DNA of 64,000 nucleotides from an uncultured archaeon (GTDB lineage Archaea; Altiarchaeota; Altiarchaeia; JAFGQM01). The stretch lies in contig CAZUDQ010000002.1 of assembly GCA_964619365.1 (NCBI GenBank), positions 32,001 to 96,000 of the forward strand. Direction: 5' to 3'. Below the pieces are notes generated by a model that did no database searches, was not told the DNA's origin, and was given only the letters and a program-made list of their open reading frames with translations. Positions 1-9,781 of the stretch are shown here, one piece after another; positions within the stretch are counted from its first letter, which is position 1, and each line of letters opens with the position of its first letter. The position numbers were made by a program, and so were the translations under genes.

Positions 1-235
1 GACGCGTGACTGTGCCCTCATTTGTTAAGGCCACCGCAATCTTATCCTCCTGATAAGTGTTTATCGCGTCTGAACTAAGCTTAAAACAAACTTTAAGGTC
101 ACCTGATTGCATACACTCACCCTCAATTGCCTGTGTTATTATCCCAGCAACAACAATTGCCACAACAACAATCACAATAATGAGCGAAAGCGTGCCGATA
201 TTTTTCCACTTTACTCGTTTTATCGCATGGGTCAT
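1..235 (-). CDS. Partial (runs off the window start) membrane-anchored hypothetical protein
   Basis: Not in the ORF track. ATG at 235 overlaps the TGA of the upstream gene (ATGA). Reads MTHAIKRVKWKNIGTLSLIIVIVVVAIVVAGII... with no stop before base 1. Confidence 0.7.
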   Translation of the reverse strand, partial: MTHAIKRVKWKNIGTLSLIIVIVVVAIVVAGIITQAIEGECMQSGDLKVCFKLSSDAINTYQEDKIAVALTNEGTVTR

Positions 236-1128
236 TCTTCATTAGTTGTCACATAACTTACAATAAGTTTGCCTTCTGCAGTCGAATTAAGATAGCGCGA
301 ATCAGAAATTTTGGCAGTAAGGGTATAAGTCCCTTCAACTGTGTCTGGGGACGTTTGTACGCCTAAGAACGGCTCGCGTATCTCCCCAGGCAACATATCC
401 CCGATATCTATGACTACAGTTTCACTTTCAAAGGTGGGGTCAGTGCCTTGCGGGTCTGTGAAAAATATTCCAGAGCCTTCAGGAGCGTTTGCGACAAGTA
501 CAATATCCTCTATCATCTCGTTATGTGTATTTACGACTTCTACCCTTAGGCCTGCGCTACCCCCAGGGGGCGTTCCAAATTCTGGAACAACAGACGCGCT
601 CATCTGTAGGTCAATATGCACAAGTTCCCAGGTTTCTTCATTAGTCTCTACTCCGTTGGCGATTATTACTCCGATTACAGCAATGACCGCAATGACGATA
701 AGTATAAGGAAGATACCATTAGATCCTATGGATTCAAGCACCTTTTTTTCTGCACTCTTTATTTCGATTTCCTCGATTTCAACAGGGTCGCTGCTAAGCG
801 ATTTGTCGTTTGCCCGCGTTTTATCATATGCTTCTTGCTTTTGGAGGGTACGTATAAGGGGCTTTTCCTTTATCTGGAGGATTTTAGCATCCATCAGCCT
901 AATTTTTTCCTCGTACTCAAAGATTTTGTCCTGGGCTTCCTTTTCCCCTATCTTCTTTTTGTAAAACGAAATCTTGATATGCTCAATTGTCTTCATGAGA
1001 CGCAGGCGTTCTGCTTCAAGCTCACTAAGTTTTTGTTCAAGGCGATGCCGGTGTCTGCCTGAAGTCAGCATCAAAAAAGCCACAAAAAGGGCCGAACACA
1101 CAAGGACGATTGTAAGGATGATATCCAT
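232..1128 (-). CDS. Hypothetical membrane protein: TM, coiled coil, TM, Ig-like extracellular domain
   Basis: Two hydrophobic segments, a heptad-rich region and a beta-rich C-terminus (LRVEVVN...IGDMLPGE...GTYTLTAKI). Confidence 0.65.
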   Translation of the reverse strand: MDIILTIVLVCSALFVAFLMLTSGRHRHRLEQKLSELEAERLRLMKTIEHIKISFYKKKIGEKEAQDKIFEYEEKIRLMDAKILQIKEKPLIRTLQKQEAYDKTRANDKSLSSDPVEIEEIEIKSAEKKVLESIGSNGIFLILIVIAVIAVIGVIIANGVETNEETWELVHIDLQMSASVVPEFGTPPGGSAGLRVEVVNTHNEMIEDIVLVANAPEGSGIFFTDPQGTDPTFESETVVIDIGDMLPGEIREPFLGVQTSPDTVEGTYTLTAKISDSRYLNSTAEGKLIVSYVTTNEE

Positions 1129-1186
1129 TATATAATTTTAAGGGCGCAGATGATAAAAAAGAATCTCTAAAGGATTAAAAGAATCG

Positions 1187-1417
1187 CTATATAAGGACTT
1201 CCTGGAAAAGAAGGGCTATTGCTATAAGCATGATACCCCCAGAAAGTCCGATTACATTCCTTTCAACCATACCCCATAGCGATAGTACGGCTCCAATCAT
1301 AAGGAAAACAGGTGGAAGGACTTCCATCTGATCACCGACAAAAAACATAAATGCAAGTATCAGTATGAAAAAAGCTATAAGCACCTCGTAAACATAACCT
1401 TCACCTCTTTTGTTCAT
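1187..1417 (-). CDS. Small 3-TM hypothetical protein
   Basis: Hydrophobic ORF. ATG (MNKRGE) at 1417 preferred over the TTG at 1426. Confidence 0.55.
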   Translation of the reverse strand: MNKRGEGYVYEVLIAFFILILAFMFFVGDQMEVLPPVFLMIGAVLSLWGMVERNVIGLSGGIMLIAIALLFQEVLI

Positions 1418-1452
1418 TCTTAACAAAGTTAATTAGTTAAGACTAAAAAACC

Positions 1453-2595
1453 TTACTTTAGAATGCCCTTCACTTTTGACATGCGGTTAAAGGCGGTTTT
1501 TAGGTCGTCAACACTGGCATTCCCATAGCTTATCCTTATGCATTCGCGCCCTTTTGGACCAAAGGGAGAACCAGGAACCGTTCCCACGCCGTTTTCAAGG
1601 AAAGATTCTGCGAGTGCAACGTCGTCCTTGCCCTCAAAATACGGGAAAACATAAAATGCGCCTTTGGGAGTTTTGCAGTCACAGTCAAATTCTGCCAGAC
1701 GCTCCATTGAGTAATCTCTGCGCTTTTTGAACTCAGCAACCATCTCTTCCTGCGCCTTTTTTGCCTCTTCAGTAAATGCCGCAAGCGCGCCATACTGGGC
1801 GAATGTCACCGGGTTTGAAACAGACTGCTGCTGTAAGACATTGATTTTTTCTATTATGTCAAACTCAGGACAGGCGACATAACCAAGGCGCCACCCGGTC
1901 ATGGAAAAAGGCTTTGAGAATGCATTTACAGTTAGTGTCTTTTCGTATTCTGAGCCAGGACTCCAGTGTTCTGCATCATATCTTATCGCATCATAACATT
2001 CATCAGATATAATCCACATATCATTTGCCCGGGCGATTTTGACTATGTCCTTTAGAATTTTTTTAGGATATACGGCCCCTGTCGGATTGTTCGGACTGTT
2101 TAAAACTAAGATTTTTGCGTGGGAGGAATCAAGGGCGGAGAGGAACTCATCATCAGGAATAAAGCCGTTTTCATGCGAAAGCGGCAGCCAGGAGACTTCG
2201 CCTTCTGCAAGCTTGACCATGCTCTCATAACTTACCCATGACGGATCTGGAAGCGCGACTTTGTCCCCTTTATCAATCATAACCTGGAAAATCTCATAAA
2301 GGATGTGTTTTGCGCCCATCCCGATAACAATCTTTTCAGCATCAATCTCCTTTATCTGGTTTTCGGCAGTGAGCTTATCTGCAATCTTCTCTCTTAGTTC
2401 AGGCAGCCCTTTTGAGGCATCATAATGATGCTTTCCTTCCTTTAATGCCTTTATTGCCGCATCAACTATGCACTTGGGGGTGTCAAAACCAGGGCGTCCC
2501 AGCGTTAAGTTTATAGTACCTTCCTTTTTTGCGAGCGTAGAATACCTAAATGTCGCAGAAGGTGGAACGTCAAGGATTCGTTTTGCAAATTTCAT
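1453..2595 (-). CDS. aspC: PLP-dependent class I/II aminotransferase (aspartate aminotransferase family)
   Basis: NSPNNPTG, SDECY and FSKPFSMTGWRLG motifs. Confidence 0.9.
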   Translation of the reverse strand: MKFAKRILDVPPSATFRYSTLAKKEGTINLTLGRPGFDTPKCIVDAAIKALKEGKHHYDASKGLPELREKIADKLTAENQIKEIDAEKIVIGMGAKHILYEIFQVMIDKGDKVALPDPSWVSYESMVKLAEGEVSWLPLSHENGFIPDDEFLSALDSSHAKILVLNSPNNPTGAVYPKKILKDIVKIARANDMWIISDECYDAIRYDAEHWSPGSEYEKTLTVNAFSKPFSMTGWRLGYVACPEFDIIEKINVLQQQSVSNPVTFAQYGALAAFTEEAKKAQEEMVAEFKKRRDYSMERLAEFDCDCKTPKGAFYVFPYFEGKDDVALAESFLENGVGTVPGSPFGPKGRECIRISYGNASVDDLKTAFNRMSKVKGILK

Positions 2596-2762
2596 CTCGT
2601 TGTTACCTCAAACTCTACAAGGGGAATTCTTGGCAAGGGTCAATAAAAATGAGCCTCTTTCTTAGGTATTTTAACAGATATTCTTGCGCATTAATACATG
2701 TTCTAAAACACATGCTTCTAAACAAATATGTTTAAAAATAAAGAAAACAGTAAGGAGGACGC

Positions 2763-3386
2763 TTACTCAAAGCGCGCGGCGACTTTACCGCGCAGCTTCT
2801 CAGCACCCTTACCTTTGTTTCTAAGTCCTCTGCCTTTCTTGCCTGCAGGAGTTTTCCCCCTGAATGCCCTGCCAGAGTGCTTATTAGAACAAATCCAGTT
2901 GATTTCCTTGCATGACTTGACATGAGGGTTTGATGTATCGACAAGAATTACTTCAAAGTATTTGTATTGTCCGTCTTCCCAGGCCCAGTACGATGCCAGG
3001 ACTTCACAGTTCGGGAATTTCCTTGATGCACGCTCTTCAGCCAGAACCTGCTTGCTCTTGTCAAGGATTGCATAATCATATTCTTTTGAGGGCTTACGTC
3101 CACCTGAGGTCTGGCGACGCTTTCTCCCACCTTTTCCAACACGTACGATACAAGCGACAAAACCTGGTTTGTCTTTATATCCCAATTCACGTGCGCGCCA
3201 AGTCTTAAGGGGCTTATCCTCTTTTGTTATGACGTCTCCATGACGGAAAACGCGGCATCTTTCTATCCAAACGCCCCTAAGCTCTGCTATAAGCTCTTTA
3301 TACTGTGCAGGGTTTGTCTTCTTTAAAGCCAAGACCGACTTTCTTTTTTTCGGCTCGATTGCCGTTAAGAATTTTTTCTCATCCAT
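2763..3386 (-). CDS. rpl15e: 50S ribosomal protein L15e
   Basis: RARELGYKDKPG, AEERASRK, SYWAWEDG.YKYFEVILVD and RAFRGKT motifs. ATG at 3386 (MDEKK). Confidence 0.95.
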   Translation of the reverse strand: MDEKKFLTAIEPKKRKSVLALKKTNPAQYKELIAELRGVWIERCRVFRHGDVITKEDKPLKTWRARELGYKDKPGFVACIVRVGKGGRKRRQTSGGRKPSKEYDYAILDKSKQVLAEERASRKFPNCEVLASYWAWEDGQYKYFEVILVDTSNPHVKSCKEINWICSNKHSGRAFRGKTPAGKKGRGLRNKGKGAEKLRGKVAARFE

Positions 3387-3510
3387 TGTTATTTTTTCTT
3401 TTGGTTCGAATCTGCAAATAATTGCAAGATTCACATTCCATACGGATTTGCTTTATTCTTTATCTTAAAGAGATAGAGCGCTAAGTTTGAGCTAAGGAGT
3501 ATAAAAGCCT

Positions 3511-4908
3511 TTAGTCGCTTTCGACTATTATATTGTCGCCCTTTTTGCGGATTCGCGCCTTTGCAAAGAAGCGTTTCTTGCTCATTATGCCTTCAAGTTC
3601 GCCACCGCTTACAACGACTTTGGTGACTTCGCCTATTTCTTTGCCTTCTGCGTCAAGAATCTTTTTCCCCGCATATTTCTTTTCAAGCGACTCCTTTTTT
3701 GAGATATAGTCAAAGAAGATAATCTTTAGGAGATAATGAGTCACAAGGAGTGCGACCATGCTCACAAGCAAGGATATCAAAAGAGTCTGAACTGGATTCT
3801 TTGAAAGTGCGCTATCATAAAGCCCTTCAACAACAGCGTCAGGCTGTAGGTAAATCACCGACCAGTATATCGGCTGGGCCAGATAGGCAAGAAGTATCGC
3901 AAGGATGATAAGATAAATGTATTTTCTCATACCCAGGTAATTCTTTCTTAGGAAATTGTGTATCATAAAGCCCATTGCGGCTATTACAAGAGCCGCAAGC
4001 ATTAAGTCAAGTGCTGAAAAGTCGCTTCCTGAGCTTGAAAACAAAAAGAAGTTGAGTGCTATTGCAGGCTGAGTTGTAAGAACATCCCCAACGCTCGCCG
4101 GAGCATTAAAAGTCCCTGGCATTTGCATCACACCTAGATTCTCCTGAACCTGCAGGTAACCCGTGACTATTCCAAGCATGAATACTGCAATTGCAACAGC
4201 GTTAAATACCTTGTAGATATTGCCCTTGTTTATCATGGACTCGCCCACCTCATGGATTCCCGAGAAAAGCTGTTTGTCGTACCCGAATCCTTTTGCAAGA
4301 AGGTAAACACCGGCAAGAGCAAGTATTATTTCAAGTATCGGGAAGCCAAGCCATGACAAAAACACTATTGTGAAGATTAAAAGACCTGGCAGGCCAAAAA
4401 TCATCTTTGCCTGATGCGGGTTCTCACTTACTCTGTGGAAGAAATCCTGTAATTTTGAATATGCACTTTCAAGGCCGCGCGCGGCTTTCACATTGACACT
4501 TTTTACAGAGAGAATTTTAACCTCGCTTTGAATTACTGGGAGTATTTCGGCGTCCTCGACCCCGTCTGTTACAAAGACAACACCTTTTGGCTTGAATTTA
4601 TCAAGAACCCGTGAGAGCTGGTCTCCAAGCTTCCTATCACTTTTTACACCGACATCAATGTCGCCTGTCAGGGTCACGACCTCGACATCATTGTATTCCC
4701 TTTCGCATTCGCGTTTTGTCTTAACTGCCGCAAAAATAGCATTCGAGTCTGTGTCTTCGGGGTCTGATAAGGCAAGGCGCCGTGCCGCCTCCAGATTGGC
4801 TTCTTCGCCGATTATCGGTCCTGAGACTCCCGCTTTGACGCCAAGGTCATCATCACGGTCTATGCAAAGGACAAGGACGCATCCCTCCTTTGTTTTGACT
4901 AATGCCAT
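3511..4908 (-). CDS. DUF373-family archaeal membrane protein with C-terminal PRC-barrel-like domain
   Basis: LVLCIDRDDDLG, DPEDTDSN and VTDGVED motifs, multiple TMs, and a GKKILDAEGKEIGEV tail. Confidence 0.8.
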   Translation of the reverse strand: MALVKTKEGCVLVLCIDRDDDLGVKAGVSGPIIGEEANLEAARRLALSDPEDTDSNAIFAAVKTKRECEREYNDVEVVTLTGDIDVGVKSDRKLGDQLSRVLDKFKPKGVVFVTDGVEDAEILPVIQSEVKILSVKSVNVKAARGLESAYSKLQDFFHRVSENPHQAKMIFGLPGLLIFTIVFLSWLGFPILEIILALAGVYLLAKGFGYDKQLFSGIHEVGESMINKGNIYKVFNAVAIAVFMLGIVTGYLQVQENLGVMQMPGTFNAPASVGDVLTTQPAIALNFFLFSSSGSDFSALDLMLAALVIAAMGFMIHNFLRKNYLGMRKYIYLIILAILLAYLAQPIYWSVIYLQPDAVVEGLYDSALSKNPVQTLLISLLVSMVALLVTHYLLKIIFFDYISKKESLEKKYAGKKILDAEGKEIGEVTKVVVSGGELEGIMSKKRFFAKARIRKKGDNIIVESD

Positions 4909-5020
4909 CTTTTATGCGCAATAATACTACCTACCTATTTTAAGTTATTGCAGTTAAAAAGCTGGCAATTAACCTCGTCCCTTTTTAAGTCTTTACGCTT
5001 AATTTTAACATAGGTTAAGA

Positions 5021-6052
5021 ATGGCAAGTGATAAGAGTTCAGGATACGCTAAAATTCGCCCCCCAACTAGCCAATCGGCAGACAGGGCGCGCGATGATGC
5101 CAATAAGATTATAATCCAGGGTCAAAAGCGCCCGATAACTCCGATGCAGATATTCGCATCATTCCTTCTTGCCGTTGTCATATACCTCTTTTTCAATTAC
5201 AGTTATGGGTTTACAGTGGTAACTTCTGCCTCCATTGCCATACTTTTCCTCCTCCTTTGCATATTCTCCTTTAGTGCTGTAGTCTTCCTTGAGACTTATG
5301 AGCGCGCAGTCGTACAGAGATTCGGAAAGTATGACAGGACCGCAGGACCTGGATGGACCGTAATTATTCCCGGAGTCGAGATATACAATGTTGTAGATAT
5401 CAGAGTCAAGACTCTTGATCTTTTGGGTTATGAGGCGATAACAAAAGATAACATAAGGCTGTACCTTGATGTGGTTGTCTATGCAAAGATAATAGATTCC
5501 TTTAAAGCGGTTCTTGAAGTCAAGAACGTAAACACTGCAATTCTTACATTCCTTCGCTCAATTACAAGAGAAACTGTCGGTAACTTGACAGCCGAAGAAG
5601 TGATATCAAACATCGCCAAAGTCAACGAGCTTTTAATCGGCGAGCGCGATCGTTTGAAAAAAGAATGGGGAGTTGACTTAATTTCAGTCGAAATACAGGA
5701 GATAACCCTTCCTGCAGAAGTCCAAGACAGCATGCACGACCTGCGGGCAGCAGAATACCAAAGACAAGTTGTCGAGCAAAAGGCCTTTGCAAGAGAAGCA
5801 CTCATCAACGCTATTGGCCGCGCTGCATCAAAGCTTGATAATCCAGCCCTTTCATATATGTACCTTGAGGCTATGAAGCAGGTTGCAGATGGCAAAGCTA
5901 CAAAGTTAATCTTCCCGATGGAGTTAACTCGCCTTGCAGAGTCTGTATCAAAAAACTTTGGCGAGGACAAGGACAAATTCCTGGCTGATATGATGAAGGC
6001 TTATCAGGAGACTGTTGCTAAGGACATGCCAAGCAAGCTTCCTAAGAAATAA
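5021..6052 (+). CDS. SPFH/band-7 (stomatin/prohibitin) family protein
   Basis: YERAVVQRFG, GPGW, ITKDN and WGVDLISVEIQEI motifs. Confidence 0.9.
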   Translation: MASDKSSGYAKIRPPTSQSADRARDDANKIIIQGQKRPITPMQIFASFLLAVVIYLFFNYSYGFTVVTSASIAILFLLLCIFSFSAVVFLETYERAVVQRFGKYDRTAGPGWTVIIPGVEIYNVVDIRVKTLDLLGYEAITKDNIRLYLDVVVYAKIIDSFKAVLEVKNVNTAILTFLRSITRETVGNLTAEEVISNIAKVNELLIGERDRLKKEWGVDLISVEIQEITLPAEVQDSMHDLRAAEYQRQVVEQKAFAREALINAIGRAASKLDNPALSYMYLEAMKQVADGKATKLIFPMELTRLAESVSKNFGEDKDKFLADMMKAYQETVAKDMPSKLPKK

Positions 6053-6084
6053 GCTTTAGCTCTTTTAAGCTATTTTTCTCTTAT

Positions 6085-7026
6085 TTATTCTTCAAGGGCT
6101 AGTGCCAGCCCTGAGACCTCTTTTAGATCCACAAGCTTCCCTTCAGAAATGATTGGTACTGGGAGTAGTTTGTTTTCAGGAGCTTCCCTTAGACTCACAC
6201 CACGCGGAGTGTCTTTCCAAAGCCTGCGCTCATCAAGTGAGGCAAAGAGTTCTTTTGCTTTTTTAGATTGGCTGCACGCAAGATTCTTTAGCTCAAAGTC
6301 GCCCATCAAAAGGAGCTCATTTAACTCTATTTGACCTTTGAGCTCTGATATGGCCTCAATAAGCATGGCATCGGCGATTTTTACGGTGTGATGGAAGTAG
6401 ACAGCCGAATGCATCTGGCGCCGTCCGACAAGAAGAGCTTCAAGGGCAATCACCCCCTTTTTCTCAAAGGCAATGCCAGCATTATCCAGTCTCATAGCAC
6501 TTATTATCCTGTCAGTATCGATTATCCCGTAAGCAACGCCGGTATAAAGGGCATCGCGTAGGAGGTAATCCATACGGTCGGCATCAATGGATGAGCTTAT
6601 TATTGCGCCTTTGCCTTTCCCTGAAAGGAACGAATCAATCTCATTTAATGAAAATCCTGAATCCTTTATTGCATCACCCAGTTCCCCGTTTAGCAAGAGC
6701 TTTAGATTATCCTCATGGTTGCAGGAAAAAAGGTTTTCAAGGGAATGGCTAAAGGGGAGGTGTCCGGCATCGTGGATTAGAGCCGCCACTCTTGCAGGAG
6801 TCTCTTCAATCCCCACTTGCTCTGCCATTTTCCCAGCAAGGTGCATAGTCCCAAGGGAATGTTCAAATCTCGTGTGATTGGCACCCGGATAGACAAGAGA
6901 ACAGAAGGAAAGCTGCTTTATGCGCCTTAGCCTTTGCATCTGGGGCGTATCGATTATTGCAGTTTCCTCAGGGGACGCTGTGATGTCTTTATGAACTGGA
7001 TCCCTAATAATCTTTGGCCCTTCCAT
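6085..7026 (-). CDS. HD-domain phosphohydrolase (SAMHD1/YdhJ-like dNTPase family)
   Basis: IRDPVH, QRLRRIKQL, HTRFEHSLG, HDAGHLPFSH and DADRMDY motifs. Confidence 0.9.
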   Translation of the reverse strand: MEGPKIIRDPVHKDITASPEETAIIDTPQMQRLRRIKQLSFCSLVYPGANHTRFEHSLGTMHLAGKMAEQVGIEETPARVAALIHDAGHLPFSHSLENLFSCNHEDNLKLLLNGELGDAIKDSGFSLNEIDSFLSGKGKGAIISSSIDADRMDYLLRDALYTGVAYGIIDTDRIISAMRLDNAGIAFEKKGVIALEALLVGRRQMHSAVYFHHTVKIADAMLIEAISELKGQIELNELLLMGDFELKNLACSQSKKAKELFASLDERRLWKDTPRGVSLREAPENKLLPVPIISEGKLVDLKEVSGLALALEE

Positions 7027-7067
7027 TTTTATATTATTTTTATTACTGGAAACATAAATAGAAGACT

Positions 7068-7817
7068 ATGGTAAAGCTCACTCGTAAGAAAACTGGTATT
7101 GAAGGCCTCGACATGCTTCTTCCAAAAGGTGTGCCCTCGAATCATCTTATACTTGTTTCTGGACAGGCCGGTGCCGGAAAGTCCATAATGTCTATGCAAT
7201 TCCTTGTGGCAGGAGTTCAGGAACTGGGTGAGAAAGGACTTTTTATAAGTTTTGAGCAAACTCGCGATGATATCGTTGCACAAGCCGAAAACTTTAAATG
7301 GAATATGAACAAGTTAGAAAAAGAAGGCAAGATAAAGATAATGACATTCAATCCCAATAAAGACCATGTTCTAGATATGCTTAAACATATTGACGAAGTC
7401 ATAAAGACTTTTAAACCGGATCGCATAGTCGTTGATTCTATCACCACCTATTCCATATATGCTGAAACCCTGACCTTCTTTGACACCCTGATGAACTATG
7501 GTCTCAAAAAAGAGAACTTACACCTTGCACCCTCGCCAAGATCCGTATCGAGGAAGGCGATAACAGACATCCTCACAAAGATAAAATCCTATAATCTACT
7601 TGCATTTATAATCTCAGAACTCCCTGAAAACTCAGAATATCTCTCCCGCGACACGATTTCAGAGTTTTTTTGTGATGGCGTTATACTCTTAAAACATGTG
7701 CCAATAGGGGACTCTCTTAACCGGAGCATAGAAGTCAGGAAGATGAGGCAGGTGCGGATGCGTGAAGGCTCTCGTTCCTATAACATAACAAAAAAAGGAA
7801 TAGTTATCGAAATATAA
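7068..7817 (+). CDS. Single-domain KaiC/RecA-superfamily ATPase
   Basis: TGIEGLD, Walker A GQAGAGKS, SFEQ, VVDSI, DGVILL and KMR motifs. Confidence 0.9.
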   Translation: MVKLTRKKTGIEGLDMLLPKGVPSNHLILVSGQAGAGKSIMSMQFLVAGVQELGEKGLFISFEQTRDDIVAQAENFKWNMNKLEKEGKIKIMTFNPNKDHVLDMLKHIDEVIKTFKPDRIVVDSITTYSIYAETLTFFDTLMNYGLKKENLHLAPSPRSVSRKAITDILTKIKSYNLLAFIISELPENSEYLSRDTISEFFCDGVILLKHVPIGDSLNRSIEVRKMRQVRMREGSRSYNITKKGIVIEI

Positions 7818-7818
7818 T

Positions 7819-8946
7819 ATGGATGCCAAAGACAATGTCGTTCGGTTCTACATAAAAAATTATGTTATACCAAGAGCACTCATCTTTGATAAGCCCGGTT
7901 TTGTTGATTTCAGGATATCAGGCAAGACATCAGTATTTGCCCGCCAGATTCTTATGCCCGAAGACCTTTTTGTGGAGTTTGAAAAGTCTATGATTGATAA
8001 GTTCGGAGAGGCTGGCGCCCAGGCGGTTTATTCTGTTGGAAAACGCTTTGGATACAGCTTTGCACAACTGGGTCGTTTTGAGAACATAAAGGAGCACCCT
8101 GGCAACAAAGTCAAGAAATGGATTGGAATTGCCAGTAAATTCGTAGAAGGGACTTATGCAGGCAGGATAGACCAAAAGGTCTCTGTTGAAGAAAAAACAG
8201 TCGATTACAAGCTTAAAAATTTTGTTATCTGCCGGAAACTGGGCTATGATTACCTATTTGCCACAGGGGGAGCGGCAGGGGTGATAGCATGGCTACTTCA
8301 GGATCCGAAGATAGAAGGCTATATGTATAACAGTAAGTCAAAGGGCGAAGAAAATGTTTGCAATGTCTTGTGTGCGACGCCTGCAACAATAAAAAACAAA
8401 TTAAAACAGAACGCATATTCTGAAACAAAAGTAGGGGATTTATACCAAGACCCAATGCAATATGAGGCACTTAACAAAGAAGTCGAGATACAGCAGAAAA
8501 AATCATTCCAGACTTTCTTAGACGCCCGCATATTCAGTTATAAAAAAGGCATAATTTCTCATGATGATGAGCGTTTCTTCCTTCTTGAAGTCACTGGCAT
8601 GTATCTTTTAGAGCTTGCGATGAAAGATGAGAAAATGAAAAAGACTCTATTTGATTCTGCATTTTCCGTCGGGCAAAAAATGTTTGGAGATTCGAACATG
8701 GTGGGCATAACTGAATTTTTGGCTGCCCTTGGATGGGGCGAAGTTACTATAATACCCTCTTCTAATAAAATCAGGGTTGTAATAAAACATTTCCCCTGGA
8801 CAAGATATTACAAAGATGTAGAGTATCTTTTAATAAGAGGTCTCCTTTCAGGAATGCTTTCCCGCATAAAAAAGAAAGACATATTACTCAAAAAACCAAA
8901 AGCTGACCTCAATTCAGGTTTTTTAACACTCTTGTTCGAAAATTAA
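7819..8946 (+). CDS. Tandem V4R-like (hydrocarbon/small-ligand binding) domain protein
   Basis: Two similar halves (GAQAVYSVGKRFG...; KTLFDSAFSVGQKM...LAALGWG...RGLLSGML) resembling V4R folds. Confidence 0.6.
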   Translation: MDAKDNVVRFYIKNYVIPRALIFDKPGFVDFRISGKTSVFARQILMPEDLFVEFEKSMIDKFGEAGAQAVYSVGKRFGYSFAQLGRFENIKEHPGNKVKKWIGIASKFVEGTYAGRIDQKVSVEEKTVDYKLKNFVICRKLGYDYLFATGGAAGVIAWLLQDPKIEGYMYNSKSKGEENVCNVLCATPATIKNKLKQNAYSETKVGDLYQDPMQYEALNKEVEIQQKKSFQTFLDARIFSYKKGIISHDDERFFLLEVTGMYLLELAMKDEKMKKTLFDSAFSVGQKMFGDSNMVGITEFLAALGWGEVTIIPSSNKIRVVIKHFPWTRYYKDVEYLLIRGLLSGMLSRIKKKDILLKKPKADLNSGFLTLLFEN

Positions 8947-8966
8947 CCCGTATTAAAGGACAAATA

Positions 8967-9752
8967 ATGATAAGAATCGGCCCAGTCGAAAAGAAAGTCT
9001 ATGAGCTTAGGGCAGACCACCCCGTTGTAATCCCGCAGATAGACCCGAGTAGCCTTGAACTTGATAAAGTCAAATCTTTGCTTAAAGAGATTAAAGCCAT
9101 GGGCATTGATGTAGTTGCAATGGGTGGCAGCATAGTTGATAGGGATTCCTGCAACGAAGTAATTGATGTTGCCGTTAAAGACTTTGACCTTTCAGTTATC
9201 ACTTACCTAACTCAAACAGATCTTGCATCCCTAAATAATTATCCAGGTAAGACTGCAGTGTACTGGATGAGTGTACTGAATTCAGAGAATATGTTTTATC
9301 TAAGGGATGTTCTTGTGATGAGTTCAGTCATGCTTAAGAAAAAAGGTTCAGAAGCAATACCTACAGCATATGTTTTTGACGATCGCGGCCCGCTAAAGAC
9401 AGCAACTTGGCTTTCAAGAGCAACACACGTTCCGCGCGAAAAGCCCACAATAAGTTTATCTCTTGCCGTGCATGCTCAAAACTGCGGATTTAGATTTTAC
9501 ATAATGGCAGGAGGTTCAGGTGCAGAGATTCCACCTCCCGAATCCCACGTAGCTTTATTATCAAAAGAAACTGATTTGTTTATAATGCCTACAAGTGGAA
9601 TCAAAAATGTAAGCCACGCAGAAGATATGTTTAAAGCTAATGCGGATGCCATACACATAGGTAATCTTTTGGAGCAAAAAGATGGTATTGACCATTTGTC
9701 ACAGATAGTCAAAGCCTCAAAGAAATATCCTGGCAAGGACTTCTTGCCATAA
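8967..9752 (+). CDS. Divergent group II GGGP synthase/PcrB-family TIM-barrel prenyltransferase
   Basis: IDP, MGGS, MSVLNS, VPREKP, GSGA, GIK and ADAIHIGN align with GGGPS. The FPG, YLEAG and GGG motifs are altered. Confidence 0.8.
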   Translation: MIRIGPVEKKVYELRADHPVVIPQIDPSSLELDKVKSLLKEIKAMGIDVVAMGGSIVDRDSCNEVIDVAVKDFDLSVITYLTQTDLASLNNYPGKTAVYWMSVLNSENMFYLRDVLVMSSVMLKKKGSEAIPTAYVFDDRGPLKTATWLSRATHVPREKPTISLSLAVHAQNCGFRFYIMAGGSGAEIPPPESHVALLSKETDLFIMPTSGIKNVSHAEDMFKANADAIHIGNLLEQKDGIDHLSQIVKASKKYPGKDFLP

Positions 9753-9781
9753 TCCAAAAACACCCCCCAAAGCAAAATATT

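Noticed and set aside
341-964. Long antisense ORFs (for example 341-964, 23721-24608, 47697-48209)
   Set aside because: They are shadows of well-supported genes on the opposite strand, with Ser/Pro-rich non-protein-like composition.
1187-1417. Class III (pilin) signal peptide in MNKRGEGYVYE
   Set aside because: The +1 residue and Glu spacing do not fit, and the protein is multi-TM.
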